DNA of 64,000 nt, from NCBI GenBank assembly GCA_017513085.1, contig JAFWDK010000015.1:1-64000 (forward strand), written 5' to 3'. The stretch is from Clostridiales bacterium (GTDB lineage: Bacteria; Bacillota; Clostridia; Saccharofermentanales; Saccharofermentanaceae). This document shows positions 48,248-57,632 of the stretch, piece by piece. Each line of letters begins with the position of its first letter. Positions within the stretch are counted from its first letter, which is position 1. A model generated the notes under the pieces. It had not been told where the DNA came from. It did not search any database and saw only the letters and a program-made list of their open reading frames with translations. Position numbers and translations under genes: made by a program.

Positions 48248-48889
48248 TCACGCATCCTCTCTCGCGCACTGGATCATCGGATCATCGACAAGTTCCAGAC
48301 GGATCTCCGGCACATCCACACCCATCGTCTGAAGATTCTTTCTTGCCGTATTCAGGAAAAGCTCTGCGTTTTCGGACTTGATCTCCGCCGGGCACTTCTC
48401 GAGATTATCTGATGCCTTGATCTCTGCACCGATCTCCTTTAAGACCGCTTCCAAAGCCTTCTCCGCTTTCAATGCTTCCAGTACAGATCTCAACTGGAAA
48501 TAGCCGTAGATCATGACGTTGTTGATCGCTTCGGTATTCCAGATACGTGTATAGAAAGACACGAAGTCTTCGCCCTCCGGCATCGGCGCCGGCACCTGGC
48601 TCAGGATATTTGTAAGACGGTCTTTAAGCTGTCCCAGTCTTTCCTCTTCTCCCATGTAGCGGTAATACGCGACCGCAAGAGAATTGACGTACATCTCCTC
48701 ATCCACTTTCGAGAATTTCGCGCCCTGCTTCTCAACAATGCAGTGACCCATCTCGTGAACGAGATTGTACCAGTGGAAATAAAGGTCAAAGAAATACTGA
48801 ATATTCTCCGCTCCGAAAAGCATCGTGTATCCCTGCTGCTGTTCCTCGTTTCCGCTTTCAAACTTGCCTGACATAATGACGTACTTCAT
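48248..48889 (-). CDS. Hypothetical protein with HExxH zincin-like motif
   Basis: LVHEMGHC followed by DEEMYVN; GAGGAG RBS. Confidence 0.7.
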   Translation of the reverse strand: MKYVIMSGKFESGNEEQQQGYTMLFGAENIQYFFDLYFHWYNLVHEMGHCIVEKQGAKFSKVDEEMYVNSLAVAYYRYMGEEERLGQLKDRLTNILSQVPAPMPEGEDFVSFYTRIWNTEAINNVMIYGYFQLRSVLEALKAEKALEAVLKEIGAEIKASDNLEKCPAEIKSENAELFLNTARKNLQTMGVDVPEIRLELVDDPMIQCAREDA

Positions 48890-48909
48890 GTGTTTTTTTC
48901 TCCTCGTAT

Positions 48910-50820
48910 TTAGACTTGCGGGTTAATCGAATCGATATACTGATGGTATTTCTCTTTTTCGCTATACATGTATTTATCCGCACGGTCAATGTATTCTTCG
49001 ATCGTCTCATCGTCACCGGGCTCGATGATCGCATATCCAATGCTGGCGTGAAGAATAAATGCAAGATTCAGTGCTTTGAAATCATTACTCATCGCTTCAG
49101 AGATCTGCCTGATCAGTTCCTCGATCGTCTCGGTTTCCGGACATGGTCCGACAGCGATGAATTCATCTCCGCCATATCTTCCGAAAAGCCATTCTTTCGG
49201 CGAATGTGTCTTGAAAGCTTCCGCGGTCGCCTTGATGGCAAAATCGCCGTTCAGATGTCCGTACACATCATTGATCGTCTTCATTCTGTCGATATCCGCG
49301 AATACAAGCATCGACTTCAGACCGGCCGCTTTGCGGGAAGAAATGTACTCATACAGCACCTTCAGACAGCCTGTACGGTTATAGATTCCCGTGAGCGCAT
49401 CCGTCATATAGATCTTCTTCAGTTCATCATTATCACGCTTCGCAAAGATATGCCGGCGCATGCTGAAAAGCTGCGCGTTCATGCTCATGCAAAACTTACC
49501 GAGGCTGATATTATAAAGAAGTTCCGGCGAATTCTTGATTGCCACATAACCGATGATAAAATGCATATAGTTCAGCGGCGCAAAAATATAAAGATTCGAT
49601 TTTCCTTCTTCATGCACATAATCCGGATAAAGTTCTTTCGAATCAAAACTGCGTATCGCCATTCTCTTCCCGTTCCGCAGTTCATGCAGAACATCCATAT
49701 TTGAACTGTAACCTCTTATTCTCTGCGGATACTGCTCATCGTCCAGGTCAAAAAATATCGGCTCCGTGCAAAGACAATAATCCGGACCGAGAGTCGGCAG
49801 ATCCGGGTTATCCTGCATTCCTTTTTCGACAAAATCCTCTTTTCGGGTTGCCATAGACAACGGGATCTGCATGCGTCGGAAAAATATATCCATCATATCC
49901 TGTTTCAGCAAGGAATAGTATGTATTTCTGACCGCATCAAAGCGATTATGTACCGCCTCTTCCGTAGCAGGGCATCCGCAGCTTTCGGAGGGAATGTAGT
50001 GAGAAGAACATTCTTCCGTAAATCTCTCTTCCGGATGGCTGATCTGATACTTCAATTTGTCGTATGCCAGTTCACCCAGTGTCTCCCATCCTCGGGAAAC
50101 TGTCGCCAGAATAGGGAAGGTATGTTGTCCGATATTAGTCATATCAAAACCGGTCAGAAGGACATCTTCCGGTATGCGGAATCCTCGCTCATTTAACGCA
50201 GAGCCAATGCCGAGCGCCATATTATCATTCGCACAGACAATGGCATCCGGAAGCTTATTCCCTGCATCCAGATATGCATTCATCTGGAGATAAGCTGTAT
50301 AAAATCCATAATCACATTGAAATTCCGCCAAAAGAGTATTGTCATGCTCAGCAAGAACATCGACAAGAGCCTGACGCCTTATCATGTTTTCTTCATTTCC
50401 TTGCACGCCATTCACATATATGATCGTTTTTGCATGGTGATGTTCAATAAGATGTGTGGCAAGTTCTCTGACACCTTTATAGTTTTCAGACTTGATACAG
50501 GACATATCGGGAACATCCACTTCAAGTGAGATCATGGGTACGCCGGCCCTCTGAAATCTTGCACAAACGCGTTCCTGTTCATCCGGGATATTAAAGGTAT
50601 TGGTCAGCATGACGGCTCCGTCAAAATCTTTCGGATCAGGAAGATGAACCAGATTCAGCTGACATTTATTCTGCAGTTCATGGTCATTTGCCGCGCAATA
50701 TGTGACAAACACAAAAATATCCACGCTGTCTTCTTGCGCCTTTTTCTGCAAGCCGGTTACCACATGTTCGATGAATTCATTGCTATATCCATTTGTAAAG
50801 ACTGCGATCCGCTTATTCAT
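48910..50820 (-). CDS. Diguanylate cyclase with N-terminal LacI-type sugar-binding domain
   Basis: DAIVCANDNMALG, IPEDVLLTGFD and SESCGC; then DALTGIYNR, INDVYGHLNGD, RYGGDEF and ADKYMY; no TM or signal peptide. Confidence 0.92.
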   Translation of the reverse strand: MNKRIAVFTNGYSNEFIEHVVTGLQKKAQEDSVDIFVFVTYCAANDHELQNKCQLNLVHLPDPKDFDGAVMLTNTFNIPDEQERVCARFQRAGVPMISLEVDVPDMSCIKSENYKGVRELATHLIEHHHAKTIIYVNGVQGNEENMIRRQALVDVLAEHDNTLLAEFQCDYGFYTAYLQMNAYLDAGNKLPDAIVCANDNMALGIGSALNERGFRIPEDVLLTGFDMTNIGQHTFPILATVSRGWETLGELAYDKLKYQISHPEERFTEECSSHYIPSESCGCPATEEAVHNRFDAVRNTYYSLLKQDMMDIFFRRMQIPLSMATRKEDFVEKGMQDNPDLPTLGPDYCLCTEPIFFDLDDEQYPQRIRGYSSNMDVLHELRNGKRMAIRSFDSKELYPDYVHEEGKSNLYIFAPLNYMHFIIGYVAIKNSPELLYNISLGKFCMSMNAQLFSMRRHIFAKRDNDELKKIYMTDALTGIYNRTGCLKVLYEYISSRKAAGLKSMLVFADIDRMKTINDVYGHLNGDFAIKATAEAFKTHSPKEWLFGRYGGDEFIAVGPCPETETIEELIRQISEAMSNDFKALNLAFILHASIGYAIIEPGDDETIEEYIDRADKYMYSEKEKYHQYIDSINPQV

Positions 50821-50911
50821 GAATATTCTCTCCTCATCGACCATTACATTTCTGCTCTTCCGACATAAAACGTAAGGGATACTTTTCATTACTCCCACAA
50901 CATTTTATTAT

Positions 50912-50947
50912 AAATCAGCAGGCACAAAAAATGTACCTGCTGATTTT
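50912..50947. terminator. Terminator after the ABC exporter
   Basis: AAATCAGCAGG / CCTGCTGATTT stem. Confidence 0.7.
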
Positions 50948-50984
50948 GATCTCTATGAAAAATCTTCTGATTTTGTGACGATCC

Positions 50985-52700
50985 TTACTTCGCTACCGTA
51001 TAAAGAGCTTTGAAATATCCGTTGTTATTCATGAGCGTCTCGAAGCTGCCTTTCTCTTCGATCGTCCCGTCTTTGATCACGACGATCTCATCATAACGGC
51101 GCAGAAGGGATTCTTCCAGAGTATGCGTCACCACGATCCTGGTCATGGAATCCAGTTCCAGTATCTCATTGATCACTTCATACGAAGTCTTGGCATCCAG
51201 TGCAGATGTAGCTTCGTCTGCGAGAAGGATCGAAGAATCTTTCAAAAGGCTTCTCGCGATCGAGATACGCTGCTTCTCTCCTCCCGACAGACCCTTGCCG
51301 TTTTCTCCGCACAGATAATCTTCACCGCGTTCACGGATCAGTTCTTCTATGTGCGCCTTGTTCATGGCCATAGCTACTTTCTCTTCCGGGAAGTCACGGA
51401 ACAGTGTTACATTGTCCTTAATTGAGGCGTTAAAGATAAATACATTCTGCTGGATCACGGACATCAGATCGTAAAGCGATTCCGGACGGATGGAGCGAAG
51501 CTCCTGACCATCGATCGTGATCTTGCCTTTATAATCGTCATTTGCTGTCATCAGAAGATTGAGGAACGTGGATTTTCCGCTTCCGCTTGCTCCGACGATC
51601 GCATAGGATCTTCCGGGCAGGAATTCGCAGTTAATGTCATGAAGGACTTCCTTCTCCCCTTCTTCATACGCAAAAGAAACATCCTGGAAACAGATCTTCT
51701 CTGTCACTGCTTCGACTTCGGCCTCTCCGGAAGAACCGTTGTTCCGGGAGAGAGAATCAGAGAGCTTCTCGATCAGTCCACGGGCCGCTTTTTTACCAGC
51801 CAGAAGCTTCGGAAGTTCGGCAACCGGTGGAATCAGGAAATTCATCAGATTCACGAACATCAGGATCGATCCGGCGGTGATCCCTTTTCCTGTCTGAACG
51901 AGGTATGTACCGAACAGGAATACACCAAGTTGAGAAATGATCCCTGCCATCAGGCCAAGCGAACCGGTTAAGGATGCGATCCGACGCAGGTGGCATTTTG
52001 CGTCTTCGAGTTTGCCGTTTTCATTGACGAAGAGCCGGTTCACTTCATTTTCTGCCCGGAAGCTCTTGACGACCTGAAAACCGCCGAGGCAGTCGTTTAT
52101 CGCGGATGTAAATTCCGTGTTCTGGTCGGACACTTCTTTTTGTACCTTCGCCATTTTCTTCCCCATGATCGCGGATACCAACATAGGAATGATTATGATA
52201 AGGACAGAGAATAATGTCAGGATAGGCGAATTCAGGAACATAAGAATGAGCGATCCGAAAAACGAAACTATTTTAGTCATGATCGGCATTATAGAAGCAA
52301 CATAATTCGTTTCAACAGCAGATGCATCATTCGTCAAAGCGGAGAGATAGGAAGCAGAGGCTTCTTTTCGAAATGAAGAAATATTCTTCTGCGAGAGAAA
52401 CCAGAATGCTTTATTCTTATACTGTGTCATCGCGCGACGGATAAAGGATGGTTCCGCAAAGTAATTCAGTAGCATGATCAAGACTTCCAGTCCAAAAAAA
52501 CCGGTACAGATGAGAAGGATCTGTACAAAAGAATATGCGCTCTGACCGGAAATAAGATCGATCAGTTCTTTGAGGATCCAGGAGACGATTATTCCTGTAA
52601 GACCATTGAGTATGGAAGCAGAAAGTGCCAGAAAAAGGGCGCAGTGATTTTTCCTGTAGAACCGGGAAACCAGTTCCACACGAGTGGAGTTGTTATTCAT
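50985..52700 (-). CDS. ABC exporter, fused permease/ATP-binding protein
   Basis: About six TMs, GASGSGKST, LSGGEKQR, LLADEATSALD and H-loop. Confidence 0.94.
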   Translation of the reverse strand: MNNNSTRVELVSRFYRKNHCALFLALSASILNGLTGIIVSWILKELIDLISGQSAYSFVQILLICTGFFGLEVLIMLLNYFAEPSFIRRAMTQYKNKAFWFLSQKNISSFRKEASASYLSALTNDASAVETNYVASIMPIMTKIVSFFGSLILMFLNSPILTLFSVLIIIIPMLVSAIMGKKMAKVQKEVSDQNTEFTSAINDCLGGFQVVKSFRAENEVNRLFVNENGKLEDAKCHLRRIASLTGSLGLMAGIISQLGVFLFGTYLVQTGKGITAGSILMFVNLMNFLIPPVAELPKLLAGKKAARGLIEKLSDSLSRNNGSSGEAEVEAVTEKICFQDVSFAYEEGEKEVLHDINCEFLPGRSYAIVGASGSGKSTFLNLLMTANDDYKGKITIDGQELRSIRPESLYDLMSVIQQNVFIFNASIKDNVTLFRDFPEEKVAMAMNKAHIEELIRERGEDYLCGENGKGLSGGEKQRISIARSLLKDSSILLADEATSALDAKTSYEVINEILELDSMTRIVVTHTLEESLLRRYDEIVVIKDGTIEEKGSFETLMNNNGYFKALYTVAK

Positions 52701-52712
52701 TTTTCATTCACC

Positions 52713-53780
52713 TCATTTGTTAATGGATTTCCAGAGTTCAGCCAACTCTTGAGATTTTAGATATTTGATCGTGTTTTCGATTCCTTCTATGCTGGTTTTG
52801 CCTGTAGTATCGAATGCCATGCATGGTTCCTGTATGTCGACGAAGCGCTCTCTTCTGGCATCGTAATTCGGTGCCGCATCGAACAGTTCCGCTTTCTTTT
52901 TCGCTTTTTGGAGAAGATCCTTTGCCTTCTTCTGGTTTTTTATCTTGAGCTCAACATATGCCAACGCTGTAAGAAAGAGGCTATCGATCCTGTCCAGATA
53001 AAAAGGTTCCTCGTTCCGTCTGAAGAACTCGTTCTCTTTGATCCCCATCTCCAGGATGGCTTCGGCTTCTTTATAGTTCTTCGTCTCCAAATAGCATCGG
53101 GCTTTATTTGAAATAAGATTCACTCTCGCACTGATCTGATTGACGAGGGCATACGACAGATATGTTTCTGCCTCCGCATATTGTCCTTTTTCCACCAGAA
53201 GTGAACCGATATAGGAGTTATAAATGTATCCGGCATTATGGTCCTGAAAGATCTTCAGACTTGTGTCTGTATCTCCCATCATCAGATATACCTGAGCAAG
53301 CTGTCCGTAAAGATGCGTCTCATCAATATTCGGATCTGTATTCTGAGAGATAAGCCTGATTGCCTGCTCATACAGTTCCTTAGCTCTGACACAATATTTC
53401 TTATCGATCTCGAACAATGCTGCAAAAGCTCTGTAAAGGTAAGCGCTCTCGTAAACGATATTGAAACTGTTCGGATATTTTTTCAGTGCTTTTTCCGCCT
53501 CCTCGGGGCCACTCGGATCCATAGAATCCGTCAGTTTCCGAAGTTTTCTGGCAAGAATGCTGACCCGGTTATCGCGGATGTCAAAGCCAACCAGAACATC
53601 CAGAGATATATCGAAAAAGTCAGCCATCTCCATCAGTAAAGAAATATCCGGTGTTGACAGAGCAGCTTCCCACTTATGGACGGCTCCGACAGTTACTCCG
53701 AATACTTCTGCCAGCTGTTCCTGTGTAAGTCCTCTTTCTTTTCGGAAAGACTTGATATTTGCCGGAAAATTATTTTTCAT
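52713..53780 (-). CDS. XRE-family HTH regulator with TPR-like C-terminal domain
   Basis: LTQEQLAEVFGVTVGAVHKWE...PDI followed by helical TPR-like repeats. Confidence 0.88.
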   Translation of the reverse strand: MKNNFPANIKSFRKERGLTQEQLAEVFGVTVGAVHKWEAALSTPDISLLMEMADFFDISLDVLVGFDIRDNRVSILARKLRKLTDSMDPSGPEEAEKALKKYPNSFNIVYESAYLYRAFAALFEIDKKYCVRAKELYEQAIRLISQNTDPNIDETHLYGQLAQVYLMMGDTDTSLKIFQDHNAGYIYNSYIGSLLVEKGQYAEAETYLSYALVNQISARVNLISNKARCYLETKNYKEAEAILEMGIKENEFFRRNEEPFYLDRIDSLFLTALAYVELKIKNQKKAKDLLQKAKKKAELFDAAPNYDARRERFVDIQEPCMAFDTTGKTSIEGIENTIKYLKSQELAELWKSINK

Positions 53781-54116
53781 TTTCTCGTTTCCTCCACTAT
53801 CAGTATCGGTTCAACTGTCTTTATTGTAGAGGAAAACGAGCGAGAATAGAATACACTGCCAATACAATTAGAATAGAAATAACTATACTGTTAGTGTAGG
53901 TAACTTTGGGGACGAAGCCTTCTTTGCTCCGATGCCATACCGCTCACCTCGATTCTATGTAATGTGTACCATTGTTTGCTCTATTATCCACTAGTCACTT
54001 AGTATATTCGCGCCATGATAAACTCTGATTATACTGCGCGATAAGTTGCCGGTATTTTTCAGAAACTCCCGTAGATGCTAGCATAAAATTACAGCAAATT
54101 ATTGGAGGAACCAAAC

Positions 54117-55109
54117 ATGGCCGGTATTTATCAATCAATCACAGAGTTAGTAGGAAGAACACCGCTTTTGCAGCTGAACGGCTATAACAAAGCAAATGGA
54201 TTACAGGCCGATGTCATCGGTAAGCTTGAGTATTTTAATCCGAACCAGAGCGTAAAGGACCGTATCGCTCTCGCCATGATCGAAGATGCGGAGAAGTCCG
54301 GGAAACTGAAGCCGGGCTATACTGTTGTCGAGACAACGAGCGGTAATACAGGTATTGGTCTGGCAGCGATCGCTGCATCGAAAGGATATCCTTTCCGCGT
54401 ATATATCCAGGATCAGGTATCCGAGGAACGTTTCAAGGTCATCCATGCATTTGGCGGAAAGACGATCAAACTTACTGAAGAGCCGACACTAGGAAGAGTT
54501 CTCAAAGAAACGAACGGTGACTTTGTCGCAGCGATCGCAGCACTGAAAGAAGAAGTCCTCAGCAAAGAAGAAAACATCGTTTTTGTTGACCAGTGCTCAA
54601 ACCCGGCAAACCCGGCCATCCATAGAGCAACCACAGGCCCCGAGATCTGGGAAGACACGGAAGGCAAGGTCGATATCCTCGTTGCTTGCGTAGGCACAGG
54701 TGGCACGATCTCCGGTGCAGGCGGATTCTTAAAGTCGAAGAATCCGAATATTAAAGTAGTCGGTGTACAGCCGGGACCCGATTCTCTCCCGAGTGATGAG
54801 AAGCCGGAACCGGACGAAGAAATCACCGGTGTACATCCTTTCTCAGGCGTTCCGGATAACATTATCCCGGCAACTCTGGATCGGAACATCTACGACGAAG
54901 TCATTGCCGTAGAAGCACTCGATGCATATAAGGCAGCAAGACAGGTCGCAAAAAAAGACGGTATCCTCATCGGTACATCTTCCGGAGCTGCTCTCTTTGC
55001 CGCCACCGAACTTGCCAAGAGACCCGAGAACAAAGGAAAGAAGATCGTTGCTGTCTTCCCGGATACAGGACTTCGTTATCTTTCGACAAATCTTTTCGCC
55101 GAGGAGTAA
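54117..55109 (+). CDS. cysK: Cysteine synthase (PLP-dependent, CysK-like)
   Basis: NPNQSVKDRIA, TSGNTGIGLA, GTGGT, GTSSGA and PDTGLRYLST motifs; GGAGG RBS. The usual H-x-IQG motif reads EEITG here. Confidence 0.82.
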   Translation: MAGIYQSITELVGRTPLLQLNGYNKANGLQADVIGKLEYFNPNQSVKDRIALAMIEDAEKSGKLKPGYTVVETTSGNTGIGLAAIAASKGYPFRVYIQDQVSEERFKVIHAFGGKTIKLTEEPTLGRVLKETNGDFVAAIAALKEEVLSKEENIVFVDQCSNPANPAIHRATTGPEIWEDTEGKVDILVACVGTGGTISGAGGFLKSKNPNIKVVGVQPGPDSLPSDEKPEPDEEITGVHPFSGVPDNIIPATLDRNIYDEVIAVEALDAYKAARQVAKKDGILIGTSSGAALFAATELAKRPENKGKKIVAVFPDTGLRYLSTNLFAEE

Positions 55110-55111
55110 CC

Positions 55112-56050
55112 TCAGAAAAGATCCAGCCGCAGCTGCCGGTCGATCCAGCTCTTCTGTACTGCCTGATGAATCATATCATCAGGCATACTTGTCCCGATGA
55201 GAAAAGGTGATTTCGGATCGTGACGCCGCATGTTTTCGCGAACCAGCGAAGGATCCGTATTGGCATAGCAGTACCTGCATAAATGTCCGCAGGTATCGTA
55301 AGCGCCGATGTCCGATCCCAGAAGGCAGGCGCACTCTCCGTTTCTCTGGTTCTTCCCCGTCTTTGGGACGAGCAGGTTTGCGTGAAGCGCCGTCTCATAA
55401 GTTGACACCGTCATACAGCCCGAGCAGTCGGCACCATACGGTTCCAGTGCTTTTCCCTCGGCACAGGGACGGATCGTCATGCCATACTTTCTTGCGATCT
55501 CGATAAACGCTTTGCCGAGAGTCATCCGATCATCCAGAGAGACTTCCCGCGCCTCCGGAAAGTTCCTCTCCACTTTCTTATAGATGTCCAGAAAGCTGAT
55601 GACGCAGGTCTTCGTGTAACCGGAAAGGGTCGCTGCCATCTTCTCGAACATGCCGATATGCCATTCCACAGAGTGAGCCGCATCGACGAGGATCGGATCG
55701 TAGCGCCAGCCCATGCTGTCCACACCGACCCGCTCCGAAAGCTTCTGAAAAGACTCCATCACCCGATCCTTATCCGGAACATTCGGCTCGATGTCTTTTC
55801 CATAAGGCGTGATCGTCACAAACCAGTACTGTCCATATGGATCCAGCACGTCCATCTTCGGCAGCATCGGCGCGGGATTCTTGGTGCAGAAAGAGATCAG
55901 ATCCACCACCTCAGGAGACAAACTGTATCTCGTCACCTGCGAAGGATTATAGGGATTACGCACGAGGACGAAGCCTTCTTTGATCCGGTTGCAGAGCCAC
56001 TCGGAATAAAAGGCCGGAATATCGGTCCGCATGCCTGTCTGGATGATCAT
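55112..56050 (-). CDS. DUF1848 domain protein (radical-SAM-like, C-terminal CxxxCxxC)
   Basis: RTDIPAFYSEW, VRNPYNP, TKNP, WRYDPI and DIGAYDTCGHLCRYCYAN motifs. Confidence 0.9.
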   Translation of the reverse strand: MIIQTGMRTDIPAFYSEWLCNRIKEGFVLVRNPYNPSQVTRYSLSPEVVDLISFCTKNPAPMLPKMDVLDPYGQYWFVTITPYGKDIEPNVPDKDRVMESFQKLSERVGVDSMGWRYDPILVDAAHSVEWHIGMFEKMAATLSGYTKTCVISFLDIYKKVERNFPEAREVSLDDRMTLGKAFIEIARKYGMTIRPCAEGKALEPYGADCSGCMTVSTYETALHANLLVPKTGKNQRNGECACLLGSDIGAYDTCGHLCRYCYANTDPSLVRENMRRHDPKSPFLIGTSMPDDMIHQAVQKSWIDRQLRLDLF

Positions 56051-56898
56051 GATTTCAGCTCCTTTAAGACCTCTCCGATATCGCCCGTGATTAGGATCGC
56101 CTGGTCCTTGATCTCCTCCGGACAGAGGGCTTCTTCGAAGTTGATGTAGGCGTAGGTCGCCTTCGGATTCTGCGCGGTCATTTTCCAGAACGGATACTTA
56201 ATGATGACCGGTGTGTTGTATCCGACACCCAGTTCCAGGAAAAGGACTTTCCCCGTCTTATGCGTCTCCAGAAATACTTCATATCTCGAGCACGCAAGTT
56301 TCCATCCGTCATCCTCGACAAATTTATCGTCGGAACGAAGATTCATGGTAAGCGGTTTTCCGCACTTTGGACATTTCGGGATCAGCTCGGACGGGATCCG
56401 CATATCCTTCTGCTGCTCGTACATTCTCTTTATCATCTCTTCGTTATCGTAGGTATCCTGCGTACAGGGCTCCGTGCACTGGAAAAGACCATAATCCCCC
56501 TGGGTATAAAAGAGCCTCTCTTTATCGAATCCCGCCTTCTGAAAGCAGTGATCCACGTTCGTCGTCAGGACGAAATAATCCTTGTCCTTCACCAGCGCAA
56601 AGAGCTCGTCGTACACAGGTTTCGGCGCATCCAGATAACGGTTGATGTAGATGTATCTGGACCAGTACGCCCACATGATCTCCGGCTCCATCCCCAGCAC
56701 ATGAAAGCCGCCGGTATACATGTCCGTGAAACCGTACTTTTCCGAAAAGTCGGAAAAGTATTTCTCGAATCTCTCACCGCTATAGATAAAACCCGCCGAC
56801 GTGGAAAGACCTGCACCGGCACCGATCAGGACAGAATCCGCCTCTGCGAGAGCCTGCTTCAAATTTCTAATGTTTTCTGCAAAATCCATACTAACCAT
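56047..56898 (-). CDS. Class M sirtuin (SirTM-like NAD-dependent mono-ADP-ribosyltransferase)
   Basis: GAGAGLS, TTNVD, TQGDY (Gln in place of the catalytic His), CTEPC/CPKC and ELGVG motifs; GAGGAG RBS. Confidence 0.88.
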   Translation of the reverse strand: MVSMDFAENIRNLKQALAEADSVLIGAGAGLSTSAGFIYSGERFEKYFSDFSEKYGFTDMYTGGFHVLGMEPEIMWAYWSRYIYINRYLDAPKPVYDELFALVKDKDYFVLTTNVDHCFQKAGFDKERLFYTQGDYGLFQCTEPCTQDTYDNEEMIKRMYEQQKDMRIPSELIPKCPKCGKPLTMNLRSDDKFVEDDGWKLACSRYEVFLETHKTGKVLFLELGVGYNTPVIIKYPFWKMTAQNPKATYAYINFEEALCPEEIKDQAILITGDIGEVLKELKS

Positions 56899-56988
56899 GC
56901 TAATACTCTCCTCGCGACGCAACTGATCGATATCACTTTGGATAAAAGTCAAATGTAAAGAGTCTGACTGGGTTTTCAATCTGTCTCT

Positions 56989-57267
56989 TTATTCGAATAA
57001 TTCAGAGTGTGACCCCACTCTGTACAGCAACAGAACAAGGGTATTTTCTCTTATCTCATACATAAGGAGCCAATCAGACTCAACATGGCATTCACGTATT
57101 CCGGCAAAATTCCCGGATAATTCGTGATCACGGAACTTATCCTCAAGTTTTTTGCCTTTAGCAAGCTTATCTATTACTTCAAAAAGCAGGTCGATGTTTT
57201 TCTTCTGCTTCTTTGCGAGTTTTAGATCTTTCTTAAACTTACTGGTTACCTTGATTTCATACTTCAT
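56989..57267 (-). CDS. yafQ: YafQ/RelE-family mRNA interferase toxin
   Basis: FKKDLK, DHELSG, RECHVESDWLL and RVGSHSELF motifs. Confidence 0.93.
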   Translation of the reverse strand: MKYEIKVTSKFKKDLKLAKKQKKNIDLLFEVIDKLAKGKKLEDKFRDHELSGNFAGIRECHVESDWLLMYEIRENTLVLLLYRVGSHSELFE

Positions 57268-57536
57268 ACGCCCAAAGCACTCCTAAGGGATTTTGCATCT
57301 TTATATCCCGGGATTTTCGGATCGTCTGCAATTCGACGTCCTTCTTCAATTGCCTTGACCGTTTCCATATTGGGAACATCTATCTTAAGATCAAAAGGAA
57401 TGCCCCGCTCTCTGACTGTTTTTCTTAAAAACATATTCACTGCGGTGGTCATGTTCAGGCCAAGTTCCGCAAATATTTTCTCTGCCTGATCTTTAATCTC
57501 TTTATCTGTTCGAATATTCAGATTAGTTGTAGCCAT
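57264..57536 (-). CDS. RelB/DinJ-family antitoxin
   Basis: NIRTD..IK.QAE.IF.ELGLNMTTAVNMFL, GIPF and PNMET motifs; ATGA overlap with the toxin. Confidence 0.93.
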   Translation of the reverse strand: MATTNLNIRTDKEIKDQAEKIFAELGLNMTTAVNMFLRKTVRERGIPFDLKIDVPNMETVKAIEEGRRIADDPKIPGYKDAKSLRSALGV

Positions 57537-57567
57537 AACCATCTCTCCTTTACAATCCATCTTTCAT

Positions 57568-57600
57568 TTGTATTATACACAAGAACTCGTGCAATAGCAA
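57568..57600 (-). promoter_or_regulatory. TA promoter with operator palindrome
   Basis: TTGCTA-N17-TATAAT; imperfect palindrome TTGTGTATAATACAA over the -10 box. Confidence 0.7.
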
Positions 57601-57632
57601 CACATTGTCATTACATTATACATATTGAAACA

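Noticed and set aside
53780-54116. T-box or S-box leader, or a signalling-peptide ORF, upstream of cysK
   Set aside because: No T-box or S-box consensus and no small ORF with a convincing RBS.
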